From: Octopus vulgaris
Lineage: Eukaryota
Assembly: GCA_951406725.2 (NCBI GenBank)
Contig: OX597828.1
Coordinates: forward strand, 8,494,001 to 8,558,000
DNA: 64,000 nt
Direction of reading: 5' to 3'
The notes beneath the pieces are model-generated. The model was not told where the DNA came from. It searched no databases and worked only from the letters and a program-made list of their open reading frames with translations. The position numbers and the translations under genes were made by a program. Positions 14,234-28,224 of this stretch are shown piece by piece (position 1 is the first letter of the stretch; each line of letters begins with the position of its first letter).

Positions 14234-14625
14234 AGTATGTATGCACGTAATGATTTCTTTATTAGTGAGAAGGCAAGAACCTACATAATAATATATAAAC
14301 ATTGACGCATGTACACAGATGATCCAAATAGATATTCTAAATGTAGATTCTATGGCTGTAATTTTGTGTAATGTTAATGTTTACTCTCGTATTTGATTCT
14401 GCCTGCAAGTAACAAGACGTGATTCTAGATTCGTTCTGCCAGCAGAAACTTAGGAAAACATGCTGAGAAACACGTTGCAATATTTTGTCAGTAACATTAC
14501 CGTCAATGCCTGCTATATTTACTGTACTAGAATACTATAACCAATTTACAACAAATTAATATAGGAGAAAAATGTACACACACATACGCACACACACATA
14601 CGCACACACATGATGAGCATATACA

Positions 14626-14700
<75 letters not shown>

Positions 14701-14764
14701 ATATATCTATGTATATTTATATATATATATATGTATGTATGTATACATATATATATATATATAT

Positions 14765-14886
14765 TGGCCTGCTCGATTAGCCAGCGGGGTGGCGTCATTT
14801 GACGGCTAAAACAATGCGAAGTGCATTGTAGCCAACGATGTGAAGCAACATCTAATAGCCTGGTCGGTCACGGTGATCACGGTGAT
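14765..14886 (+). mobile_element. GC-rich repeat fragment between microsatellites, probably a retroelement 3' end
   Basis: Ends in tandem TCACGGTGA units and is flanked by (TA)n and (TACA)n. Confidence 0.4.
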
Positions 14887-14889
14887 ATA

Positions 14890-14920
<31 letters not shown>

Positions 14921-15389
14921 GTGTGTATGTATGTATGTATATATGTATATATGGATGTATATGCATATGTGAATGAGCATGTACGTGTATTCGCCTATGT
15001 TACGAATTCAGGTGTATGTATGCGAGTTTATAGTTGAACGCGATACCCGAAATATTTTGGAAAAGTCAATCGATTAGAGAACCTAATCGATGTTCAGATT
15101 TCTTTGTTGATACGTTAGAATCTAATCGTAATCTTTGAACTAAAAAATATGGTAAATTGTAGAATTTAAATACATGTTCCAGGTTTTTCCATTTGAAAGT
15201 TTAAAATGTTGATGTTTATTCTGCAGTTGGAATCTATCAGATGAAACCCAATGATTTAGTGTCTTACTACATCCACAAGACAATAGGTATATAGCAAACA
15301 TACCTATTCTTTATCGGCACATTCTTTATATCACATAACATAAAATCCCTCTAAAAATCCACCCCGTATTATCACAAATACTGGGCGGG

Positions 15390-15720
15390 TGGTGTTCTTC
15401 CCAACGATGCTCATATTTTTTTCTTATGTAGAATCCATGCTCTTATTCTGTACAACTTGGCATCCGGACGTTTATAAGAGCGTCTGCCGAACGAGTTCTG
15501 CATGCAATGATCCAGGCGTACTTACCCGTCTACATGTACACGCTAGACATTGCAAATGTGGAATAAACTCTATGCTGATATTGCTAGACTGTTCACCTCT
15601 TAGCCTGTCATTACTACTGATTGTGGGTGCCCAGATCGCTAAGGTAGCTTACACTTATCATCGTCTACACTTCGATGATTAAGTGGTTCCGTTGTGCCAG
15701 TTGGTTTGCGTTACGACTTA
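15390..15720 (+). mobile_element. Decayed RTE-type LINE fragment (post-RT region)
   Basis: VESMLLFCTTW resembles the RTE motif VESxLLYGxETW; remainder is degenerate. Confidence 0.45.
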
Positions 15721-16159
15721 TAGAGAACATCAGCCCCGCTGTATGTTTTATTTAAAGTTAAAAATCAAGGTTGTACTGTCTTCAGAATCTGACACACATA
15801 ACATATCACAATTACTATGTGCGTGAGGAGGACTCCATACGGGACGTCAAACTTTTCTCGCGCTAAATTTCAGCCTTAATTTTGAGGGGTCACGCATTCA
15901 CACCTCCTATTCTCCTCCTCCCCCTCCTCTTACTCCTCTTTTTTCTTTATTTTTATTAAACCATTTCTTTTATTCTTTTATTTCTTTCAGTCATTTGACT
16001 GCGTTCATGCTGGAGCATCTCCTTTAGTCGAACAAATCGACGCTAAAATCCATCCTGATGTAATTGCTGAACTCTAACGATTCACTACTAGCTATCCCTC
16101 ATTTCTAGCAAACAGCTTCAGATCGTCCACATAAAAGAAATGACATCCTATAATATTAT

Positions 16160-17400
16160 ATATTTTGAATCCATACCTGGTGTTATTCAGCTCGTTTGAA
16201 AGTAGGATCAGTGAAATTCAAAAACGTAATGGGGTGAGGGAGTCACCTTGAAAGATGCCTTGCTTGATGTTGGTGCTTAGATTGGCGCATCACATTATTT
16301 TGGTCCAGAAGGAGACGTGTATTCCACTTAGTCATGCTACCATGTAAGAATTCGGAAACGACAGCATATTTCTTGTATATATCAAGGACCTTGAGTAGTC
16401 AATTATGTAGCACACTATCAAACGATTTCCTGTAGTTTATCTATGCTATATTCACATTTCTATTGTTGCTTCGGCAATTCTCTACAATCATTTTTATTTG
16501 AGTAATTGATCTTTGCTTCTATAAGAATTCCTTTAAGAACCGCTTTCAGCTTGTGGAAGGATAGAGCTCTGTTCCAGAAAAGTGTATATGTGTTTTCTGT
16601 TAGTATGGATGTGAGGATCTTGTAGGTGGTGCTGCTTTTGCTTCTTCGAACTTCTCTTCATTATTCCCTTCATATTCTGAGTCATGTCTATTCTAGTGTT
16701 CTTGAGGTAAGTCTGCTTTCTCCTCTTTTCTGGCATATTTGTTTTTCACTATTCCTTTTCAGTTTCCTTGTTGGGATGTACTGCTCATACACTGCGTTCT
16801 GTGCATCTGTTACCTATTTCATCTCGTTGCTGTTTTCATGTGGTATACAATGCGATGTGTGTGTGTCCTAATTTGGTTAATTTCAGCGTCAGTTAACTTT
16901 ATTGTTTGTGATGTCTATAAGTACGTAACTTAATTTATTTGCGTTTAAATGTCTTCGTACTTCGTTGTCTACTGAGTTTCTCTATGACGTGAATGTTTGT
17001 GCAATGAGATTTTGTTTGGGGCAAGTTGGGTTGTATAAATAGCTTTCAACACACTATATAATCCCCTCTAGACCACTTTAAGCGTTTTGCTTTAGATGGT
17101 GATTTCGGTGTAACTACATGTCTATGATTAGTGTTATCCTGGTTCTGGTTACATGGTAGTTTGTTTTCTCAGGAGGAGAAATTGTTTCAGCTGCAGACTT
17201 AGCCACTCCAGATAGCTTCCCCACTGGGTAACGCAGTCCTTGATCCGGGCGATGAATAGTGAAATTTGGCTTTTTATTAAAGCACTGAAGATGACAAGAG
17301 ACTAGTCTGTTTGTTAGTGAATGAGTTTGTGACATAACACAGTTCCTTGTTCTTCAAATGAATATATTTATCATATCGTAGGCTGACAGATCGAAAATCG
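16160..17400 (-). mobile_element. Decayed, internally deleted R4/Dong-like LINE (N-terminus plus RT)
   Basis: Minus strand: KRLKWSRGDY...LNANKL...LTDAEINQIR (N-terminal), then NKMIVENCR...INYRKSFDSVLH and QGIFQGDSLTP (RT motifs). Confidence 0.75.
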
Positions 17401-17944
17401 CCTCCATTTGTGTCGGTAGCTATGTTTCTGGACATAACTATTTAGTGATGTTAAAAACTGAGTGACTAACCTGCTCCCTTTGATATTCGTTTGAGGGAAG
17501 CCGCTTTGTTTTGTTTGGTACAGCGTCGCTCGTTACACGTTTTTCTTTTATAGTCTGTGTGTATACGTGTGTCGTGTAAGTATTATTTATGTTGCATATA
17601 AGTATTAGTACGTGAACATGGATGCATGGACAATTGTATTTATAGGTAATTATTCATTTTATGTACATACTGTGTAATTAGTGGGTTTTTCCTGGGTTTC
17701 TGGTGTTGGTTTCCACGTCTTGCGTATGTGACATTCAGATATCACGCATTTAAGAAAGTGACTACACTGTTTGTAACAAAATTATTTCCAATTTTTTTAG
17801 TTTCTTTTGCTTTAACAGGACTTTTCCCATAATTGTATCACGAAGTTTTTTTACCATTGCACCGATGTTATTGGATTAAGCTTGTTTTGTGGAGGGGACT
17901 TCTTGGAGTACATCCATGTTGTTATGAAGCCCGGAGCTATATTG

Positions 17945-18735
<791 letters not shown>

Positions 18736-18755
18736 GATCGCCAACCGGTGGTTGT

Positions 18756-18798
18756 CACGCTCTGATGACGGGTCAATACTCAGAAACTCCGGTCCGTG
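18756..18798 (+). ncRNA. Type I hammerhead-like motif (stem I imperfect) in a pLTR-like element ~18735-19015
   Basis: CACG-ct-CTGATGA-C-GGGT caat ACTC-A-GAAA-C tccg G-TC-CGTG. Confidence 0.6.
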
Positions 18799-19028
18799 TA
18801 TCGCGTCAGGCTGGAAATGAGAACGATGGTCTCCCTTTGCCAATACTGATAGGGCACAGAAAGTGTCTCAATATCCAGCTGGAAGAGATGTCTTCCTGGG
18901 GTTATAAACTACAGTAGCATCGTCCCTTTATGGGTCAGCCACATTTAGGTGGCAAATACACCTCACGATGTCCTGCTGCTACTGTTTACATCTCGTTCAG
19001 GGGTTTCTTATTGCTTATATATATATAT

Positions 19029-19068
<40 letters not shown>

Positions 19069-19079
19069 CATATATATAT

Positions 19080-19285
19080 AGTTGTTGAAATTTACAGAAA
19101 AACAAAAGACGAAGACAGGTGTATGAACAATATGCAGATGTATTAGTTTGACGCTCGGGTAAGTAAAAAAGTATTCTTTACGTTTCGAGCCTACGCTCTT
19201 CAGCTGAAAGAAATAACAGAAAATGAATATATAGAGAGAGAAAAAAAAACTTGTAGATTTAGCGGTCAAGCATGGCGACAGGTTT
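19080..19285 (-). mobile_element. Non-autonomous PLE-like family P1 copy with HHR-like motif at 19174-19213
   Basis: Minus strand ttcttt-CAGCTGAA-GAGC gtag GCTC-GAAA-CG-TA-AAGAA; homologous to 43600-43805 and 61440-61630. Confidence 0.75.
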
Positions 19286-19529
19286 GAAAAAGAAAGCTTA
19301 ATATATACATACGTTCATTTACATATATATATATATGCATGTTTGTGTGTGTGTGTGTGTGTGAGTTTGTATAAATACTTATATATGTACATGTATACAC
19401 ATGCACACACACACACAAACACACACCAATATATATATATATATATATATATAGACACTGATTGTGTACACTAAATGTGTACGCTTTAATCATCCATACA
19501 TATGTACTTCATATTTTCTGCACACTCAC

Positions 19530-19632
<103 letters not shown>

Positions 19633-20622
19633 TATGTGTGTGTGTGTGTGTGTGTGTGCAAATGTTTGCGTTTGCGCATGCATATATGTATATATTTCAG
19701 GCTCATATGTAAATACACTGTCACATATTTTGAATTTGATAAACAATTTACATTGTGCTTGCAAAACTAATTTTATTCAGGGTTTAAGATTGTTCATTCA
19801 CTTCTTTTCTTTTGTAATCATCCTTACGTAGGATCATCATCTTTCTCTACGCACCAGAAACACACTTACACACACGGGCAAACAGAAAAATACACAGCTC
19901 AACAAATAGTAAGTATCTGTGTTATCTAGGTCTGTAATATTATGTAACATATTACTGCAATACTTACAAAAGCATGCACACACACACACGCACACGTACA
20001 CACGCACTTATAGGCATCTGTCCATTTTTTTCCGTGTTGATTACTCAGAGAATTGGATGGGGAAGAAATACGAAGTAAAAATCCCCTGAAAATAGCTTCT
20101 TTTCAACACCATCAGATGGTTTATCTTGACTGTATTTTAAGTTTTTTTCCCGCTCATAATTTTCAGTAATATAATTTTAGAAAGATTGCAATATGATAAA
20201 AGAATATTCCATAGATGTCTGATAGCAAGAATATTTCGTAAATGTATAAAAGAAAAAAAAAAATACATGAATAAAACGAAATAAAACAAAAATTAAATAA
20301 TTGAAAATAAGAAAAGTTTTACATCGTGAAGATGTCTAATATTTGGCTTGAGAATAATTGCTCTCTGTAAGAAAACAAAATACTGGTATTTATATAACTA
20401 AGACGAAAAAAATATAATGCTTCATGTAGTAAGGATACACACGCACACACATACACACATACACACAGACGCACACAGACACACGCACATACAGATGCAT
20501 ATTATATAGATTGATAGATAAATAGTTAATAACAGATATGTATACATATACATACATGTATATATGTGTATGTATATATATACACACATATATATATTCA
20601 TGTATGTATATGTATACATATC

Positions 20623-20668
<46 letters not shown>

Positions 20669-20751
20669 GTATGTATATATATATATGTATACATACATAC
20701 ATACACACACACATATCACGCACATATACTACATATGTGTGTGTATGTATG

Positions 20752-20804
<53 letters not shown>

Positions 20805-21617
20805 CACATATGCGGATAGAACAAGTGAGATAGAAGCCGAGTGCAAACAATATAGACGTGTATGTATGTACTCATTCATGCATGTATGTATATAATATGA
20901 ATGTATGTGTAGGGGCATATTCTAGATACAATATCAGAGTACCATTTCGTAAAAAGACTTACATTTTCAAACATCAGTTGACATCTATAACTATATATAT
21001 ATATATTTGTTTGTATTTGCATATCGGCGCTGCGTAGAAATAACGTTATTGGTTCTGTAGAAACACAAACTAACAAAGCACTCACAAAGAAACCATTGTA
21101 ATGACATATACAAGTTTTCTTTGCGGCATTCATTAAGATGTTCATCGAAGAACTCTAATCCCTCACTAACAATTTTTATAACTTAAATCAGCTCAGTTTA
21201 AGTTGATACGTGTGTTATTGAGTGCAGGGGCAGTATTTTTAACCAACAATTTACATGCTAATATTGAACGTTACATATGTGGTTCTCGATATTCATTATT
21301 CCGATATTTACATATGTTTGTGTGTGTGTGTGTTTATGTGCATGTGTTTTTTGTGTGTGTATGTGAACGCTAGTCTGTGTGTTATTGTGTGTAAATAGCA
21401 TGGCAGAACTGCTAAGTGTTCTGCCTTGCAATCATGACTTTACTGATGCAATCCCGTTGCCGATGATCTGTAGCAAATTAATTGTATTATAGACTCGGTA
21501 GACCTATGACCTGTGAGTGTATTTGATTAGATTGACGTTATGTATTTTGACTATACGGCTGTGGCACGCACTACTTCACACCATTTATGCTCGTATAATA
21601 CTGAATAAAAAACGAAA

Positions 21618-21900
21618 CGCCGCCCTTTTCAAGCCTAGCAAGGCTCATTGGCCCGGTTTCCCCACAGCTGGACGGGATGCCAGTCCATCGTAGCGTTACT
21701 CAAAAAAACAGGAAGAGAGAATGAGAGAAAGTTGTGGCGAAAGAGTACAACAGGGGTCGCCACCACCCCTGCCCGACCTTCATGGAGCTTTAAGGTGTTT
21801 TCGCTCAATAATCACACACACCGCTCGGTCTGGGAATCGAAACTGCGATCCTTTGACCGCGAGTCCGCTGCCCTAACCACTGGGCCTTTGCACCTCCACA
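21618..21900 (-). mobile_element. tRNA-derived SINE family C
   Basis: Minus-strand head GGCCCAGTGGTTAGGGCAGCGGACTCGCGGTC...GTTTCGATTCCC; homologous to 30797-30945. Confidence 0.85.
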
Positions 21901-22317
21901 TACTACTGATTAGTCATCCTCAAAATTGACGGGTTAGCTTACGTTTGTTGGTACGTTTGGGTTCCTTTGGATTGTATTTCAACTTTTTTACCTTGAAAAT
22001 TCAAGTCCTTCTCTTACAAACTAATAAATGTTTTTTGGCTGAACCGAGGCAGTTCGTAAAAGTCAGTGGACATGCAAATTAGTTCACAGGGTAGTTAGAT
22101 ATGAGATTAAGTGATAAGCGATATAGGAAGATACTAACATTTCAGTTGCTTTCGTTTTGTAATATATCAGTAATAGTCAGCAATTGTTCAATTAAATTCA
22201 GGGGAAAACGGAAGGCATGAAACTTATATACTACACATACACACTTATATGTGTATTCATACATAGATACATAAGCATATATACTTGCAAGTATATATAT
22301 ATATATATATATATATA

Positions 22318-22722
22318 AATTAGAAGAAACACCTTTTATCAATTCAAAATGAAAAATTAAATTACACCATATAGAAAACTACATATAACAGAAATATTAA
22401 ATATAGGATAAAAAATAAAATACCGATGATTAAGTAATGTGGAAAATAATAAAGAAAACGTATATATTTGGTAGAATAACGACACGCGTTTCGTGACAAT
22501 ATTTTAAAAATGATTATAGTAAAAATATTAGTAGTAGTAATAAAATCACTTCAATATAAATATAGCCACTCATCAGGTTAAAAATAACTAAGTTAATAAA
22601 ATAATTAATTAATAAATATACGTAAATCTTTTAAAATATAAATATATATTATATTTTGTGAAATTTGATTTAGTATTTCTAAATTGAATTTTTCTCTGTA
22701 AGTTTGGAATAATATTCTCTCA
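22318..22722. mobile_element. AT-rich pLTR-like element between (TA)n and (ATT)n
   Basis: Carries an HHR motif; 22640-22720 is the reverse-complement homologue of 59785-59860. Confidence 0.55.
22477..22580 (-). ncRNA. Type I hammerhead ribozyme, canonical core, 67 nt insert in stem II
   Basis: Minus strand TAAC-CTGATGA-GTGGC-(67 nt)-GTCAC-GAAA-CGCGT-GTC-GTTA. Confidence 0.8.
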
Positions 22723-22723
22723 A

Positions 22724-22803
<80 letters not shown>

Positions 22804-22805
<2 letters not shown>

Positions 22806-22960
22806 TATGTTTGACTTTTGCTTTATGTCTGTACAAGTTGGCTCCAAGTCTCACCCAGAGACCTCAACAGACAACAGGTTGGAAGTTCTGTGCCATATAT
22901 TTGGGATTTTTTTTTTGGTGTTGTACTAGTGAATGTCTAATACATAAAAATAAAATTAAT
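22804..22960 (-). mobile_element. Short 3' end of the R4/Dong-like family at 36381
   Basis: Near-identical to 36381-36535 (ctatgtttgacttttgc...caagttggctccaagtctcacccag); flanked by (ATT)n arrays. Confidence 0.85.
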
Positions 22961-23034
22961 AAAAAAGAAATAATAAATAAATAAATAAATTTTAAAAAAA
23001 TAAATAAATAAAAAATAAAGATAATAATATTAGA

Positions 23035-23124
<90 letters not shown>

Positions 23125-23219
23125 TTCTCTTCACGTTCATCCTCCGACATTACGGTCTCATTATCTTCCCGTACATCTTTAACCGTTGCACTTTCCCCTC
23201 AACTTAGCACATCGATGCT

Positions 23220-23498
23220 TCTCCATGTCGCTGAACTCACTTTCATTTTCAAGTTTTACACGTACGCAGGCGTGATCTGTAAGTAGTAATAAGAAGTTGC
23301 ACTGGGAACGAGAATGGGTTTCAATTTCGCTAACTTATTTGTCAGTTATGCCCAAATCTCCATGTCGCTGAACTCACTTTCATTTTCAAGTTTTACACGT
23401 ACGCAGGCGTGATCTGTAAGTAGTAATAAGAAGTTGCACTGGGAACGAGAATGGGTTTCAATTTCGCTAACTTATTTGTCAGTTATGCCCAAATCTCC
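23220..23498 (+). repeat. Tandem duplication, 137 bp period, no mismatches seen
   Basis: ctccatgtcgctgaac starts at 23221 and 23358; TCTCC at both ends and at the junction. Confidence 0.95.
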
Positions 23499-25029
23499 TT
23501 TCATTTCACCGGACCGAATCTATGGTCAATACATAAGCGACTCTGTCACCGGAACCTACTTTTCCCGTGAGCAACCTAATCATCTCGTCTCTTTCCTTTC
23601 TATCTTCCATCTCTCCCTTGAGTTTAGTAATGCCCTCTCCGACATTTCTGTGAAATGTATGGACATCTTTCTGTCTAGGATCACCTCGGTCCCACTCACT
23701 CCAATTCACCTTCTAGCGAAATGCAAGTTTTTACCGTGTAACTGCTTAAACCGTGAATCTGTTTAACCGTGTAACTGTACCAACTGCCTATTTAGGATTT
23801 ACACAGCAACTAGTGACAAGATGCCTGCAGCAGTACAACGGTTCATTCCCTCATCGATACCCAGAAAACCAAAAGTCCCCTTCCATGCATATCTGGAAAT
23901 GAAGAGGCAAAAATTGGATCGGCATCACATGTTCAATAATAGTTAAGTTCAGCAGCATGAAGCAACAAATTTAAGTTTTCAGAGATATTCCATATTCATT
24001 TGACATCTTACTCCAGTCCTCAAATGATACAAACAAACTTAATGGATACTGAAATTTTCCCATAAAAGTTAACCATGTCCATAGTGGTGCGGGATGAATG
24101 AATGTTGACATTAAGGATCACGTGGTAATTTTTTAACGCAAATATGAAATTTTGTGCCGTTAACGCATATTTCTTCTGTTTACTAACGCGTCCAGTCAGC
24201 TAAAATGTCGATTAACTATAAACATTGTGTAGAAAGGGAACCCTTTGACCAGTTATATAAATAAATATACGGCATACTCTTCACACATCTGACATTAAGT
24301 GCTATTGCATAAATTCATACATATCTGTCACGATTTTTAAAAAAATATCTAAATGTATAAAAATACGTCTGTTTTTTTTCAATAAGAGACGATGCTCTTT
24401 TTCTATTCAGCAGAAATGAAAATTTTAAATTGAGAAAAGTTTGAATTTTATTAGAATAAGGCAATGGATTTCCATACCACAATCGCTTAGATAAGATATT
24501 CTCGCTGAATGAATATTTTGATTATTTCAAAAATAATTACAACTTCAGAAAGTTGAGAATTCCTTTTTCGTACTGGCTTTCTTTTAGAAATTGGTGTTGA
24601 ATTTATGGATTATGTTTTCCAGTAGCCTCGGGTAAGATATTTCATTTTAAATCATACATAAACTTTTGAATTGAACATTGTTCTAACATCTTTGAAAACC
24701 AGGATGCATTTTGTATATCAGTTGAAAACAAAGATGTATTTTATATATGAATTAATAGATAGTAAAAATAACATTGAGTTTAGTGGTGTGGATAATATTT
24801 TGAATTCGAGTTTGATTCAACTGTGCGGTAATTTGTTTTTTTTGCAGGCGCTTCGAGGTTACCCAAAGCCTTTAAATCAGAGTTGCTTACGTATTTTTTA
24901 AAAATATGAACCCTTTTGATTCCTATTTCCCTCGGGTAGTCCCTCCTAGCCATTCGTTGTTTAAAAAATCCTAGTATATTTCTATAATTCGATATTATTT
25001 GGAATTGTACAACTGCAATTGTCAAACTA

Positions 25030-25595
25030 TTGGGCTGTCCGGAAAGTTCGTGCCGATTTATAGTAGCTTACCTTTCCACTTATTTTAGAACATAGTTGAT
25101 TCCATAAAATAGTATTTGACTACACCTCCATTTAGAGCATAGTTTAAGCTATCTTTTCGCGGAAGAAGATTTATGTTCCTAAAACCTGTGTTAATTCTGT
25201 AACCCTTTAAAATGGAAGAGGAGAAATTTGATTTTCGGCTCTTGATGCTTTGGGAACACGACAAAAATTGCTGCAGCTCGGCTGGGATGTGTTACCCTAC
25301 CGTCCATATTCACCAGATATTGCTCCTTCGCATTTTCACTAATTCAGGTCTCTGCAGAATAGTCTTAATGGTAAAAAATTCTATTCCTTGGATAACGTAA
25401 AATGATATCCTGATGAATTCTTTGTCATGAAACCATCTCAATTCTGGAAAGAGGGTATTTTCAAGTTAAGGAATAGATGGAGACGCATTATGCAACAAAA
25501 TGGTTCATATGTAGCTAATTAAAGCTGTGATAGCAAGTATTTTTTTACCTTTTTCTTTCCTTTAAAAATCGGCACGAACTTTCCGGACAACCCAA
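25030..25595 (+). mobile_element. Internally deleted mariner (566 bp) with ~30 bp TIRs
   Basis: TIRs ttgggctgtccggaaagttcgtgccgattt / aaatcggcacgaactttccggacaacccaa; TA on the left; MEEEKFDFRLLML start fused to GWDVLPYRPYSPDIAPS...FRSLQN...GIFKLRNRW C-terminus. Confidence 0.92.
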
Positions 25596-25639
25596 AATTT
25601 TGTGTATTGCAGAAGTATAAACAATTTGTTGTAGATAAA

Positions 25640-25702
25640 GGTTAACAACAAAATCTTATATGGACCACCAAGAGCGATATAGACCCCGGTTGAGAACCTC
25701 TG
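25640..25702 (+). mobile_element. Possible hAT (Charlie-like) MITE terminus
   Basis: Ends in ccggttgagaacctctg; partner TIR not found; a similar end occurs at ~52700-52732. Confidence 0.35.
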
Positions 25703-26805
25703 CTCTAAATGGAATAGGATAGGCAGAAATTGTGCTAACATCTTATGAAACGACTGCACGTATTCTTATTGCGTTGTCCAGTCTATTGTAAGCATTTGGA
25801 TGTTTCCGGCTGATTGATAATTAGATAATGTCCTATCACCTGCACCCGTGAAATTTCGTTTTCAGCCTTGTTTGTCGTCACACAATGCTTCCTAAATTGA
25901 TGAAACCATGATTATCGATTAAGCGCTAAAGAAAATTTTACATAATATGATATTGTTACGAACTCAGTATCCAAATAATTCAACGCTTTTAAAGTGTCTA
26001 TATATTTTGATCAAGAGTTGTAAGTTTGTATTTTGCCAATTTCGAGGTAGCAAACGCTCTAATTATTTTTTTAACTTCCAATATATCATATCATGCCAGA
26101 GTTAGAAATTTAGCAGTCACATAAATGTAATTTGACAGAAAACCTAGAAAAGAGGCTGATATGCCATGTGAGAGCTAATCCAAAATTATGTAATGAATAA
26201 TACAGATTTATTTTTAATAAGTTGACACTAGGCTGAGTTTCTCTATTTGAAATATAATCCAATAAAACAGGTCGATGTAAAAAGCTAAATAAATCAACCT
26301 GTTTTACTTCAATATTGAAAGTACATGTGACACAGAAAATCTCATGGTCATGTACATAGGATGTCGCATTAATGGTGTAAAAAAATAATTCATATCATTA
26401 CTTTTGTGATTTTTTAAAAACTTATACGTAGCGCAAATTATGTCATTTTCAGCAAATGACTTTAGCACTGACAGTATTTTCTCTGGACTAAGGTTCAAAT
26501 ATAGGCAGCTCGTAACGTAGAGGTACAGCTTGTTTAGTAATAGCACGACAAAGCGCAATGTGGATATGCGCAAATAAAAGAAAGTATTTTCATTTATTAA
26601 ACTGTGTAATATTAAATCGTATAGCCTTGGAAGTATTGTGTAACTTTCTTGCGATATGTATGACTGACACACAACACACACATACCCACACACATGAGTA
26701 CACACACATGTGCAAATTACATATAAATATATGAATATACATATAAAGGATCTCTCTCCCTCTCATTCTCTCTTTCACTCCCTCCGTCCCTCTCTCTCTC
26801 TCTCT

Positions 26806-26865
<60 letters not shown>

Positions 26866-28210
26866 TAATCGTCCGTTAAGAGCAGGATCAAGAAAATAAA
26901 AAATCCATCCAGTGAGAGATAGATATCTTTAAATATCCACAGTATTTAGATGCCTGCTACTAATAGTGTAATGCCGTGGAAACCTAATAGTTTAGTAGAT
27001 TTATATAACGTGGCGTGTGCTTCCAAGCAACCCTTCAACGTATATAAACATGGTGGGTTTTATTTGAAAAAGAAGATGCTATTCCCCGAGAAAACACGAG
27101 AAGAGAGTTTGTACAAAAAGTGGAACAAGTAAAGAAGGTGAATAAAAACGGAAAAAGTAAGAAAAGAAAAGAAAAAAGCAATTGTGTTCCTTTTATCAAA
27201 ATAATAATTAATCTAGTTAGTGTACAATTATTAAACAGCAAGGACACCAAAGTCGGTGTGCCAATCTGTTCCATCCGCTGACTATGGTGTCTTCCTGTTC
27301 GACAGAAGAAGTGTGTCAATTGGTTTGCACTTGTAAAAAATCGGATCTGGTATTTGTGATGTGGTGAAACTCTCAGGCAGCAAAAGAGTGTGCGATACTT
27401 CAGCTACACATACTTGAATTACTTTGATACAACTGTGTTTGGCGTAGATTTCTCCACGATGTTCCACTTAACTGCATGCGATGTGCAGTCGGTCTTGCGA
27501 TCTAATACATGACTACCCAAATTTGTTGCTTTATTTGTATCGATATATCGTAAAGAAGACAAGTAATTTGTATAACGTCTTTTAAAATTGCCTTCACATT
27601 AACTGACATAAATTGTCTTTTCGAATACGTTATTTTGCTATTATGCTGTGACTTGGGCTTCATACACGACTGAGTTTATCGATCACGCCTGATCGAGGGA
27701 GAAAGCACTCGACAGTAGGAGTCAGTTTTCGGTGTGGCTTGCGAGTGAAAACGCTCTCCATATTGAGGCTGCAGCTGCATAAAATATTTATGGAGCTGCT
27801 ATTAAAAATGTTCCTGTATTTATAATTTAATGAGAAATGCTTATCGAACAATGCCAGGAATTACTTTGCTTGTGATAGTTTTAACGTCTAAAAACAAAGA
27901 AGGGTAATGCATATTATTGTTTTGGATCTATTTTTAGGTTTCATATTTCTAATTGAATGCTTGTAAGATATCTTATATTTGATGACGCTGTTAGTTACAT
28001 CCTTTCCGTACCTGATACATCCACGTACAAAAATCAAGTTAACACGCTTATTAAACCATGTAAATATGAAAAGATTCGTAATTAAAGAACATTAACTACT
28101 ACGAAAACTATAATAGCAACTACTAAAAAAAAAAAACGTTAAGGTTGATGATGATATCTGCTGTCACAGGAGCATCTATTGAGAGATATTAACTTACAAT
28201 GTGCGCACTG

Positions 28211-28224
28211 GTTGCCATAGAAAC
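28211..28224. promoter_or_regulatory. RFX X-box-like motif
   Basis: GTTGCCATAGAAAC matches GTTNCCATRGNAAC. Confidence 0.35.

Noticed and set aside
21820-21895. tRNA-like sequence (also 8830, 30797, 35164)
   Set aside because: Heads of SINEs continuing into repeat bodies; no complete cloverleaf
23220-23498. CRISPR-like or regularly spaced array
   Set aside because: Only two contiguous units and no spacers; eukaryotic context
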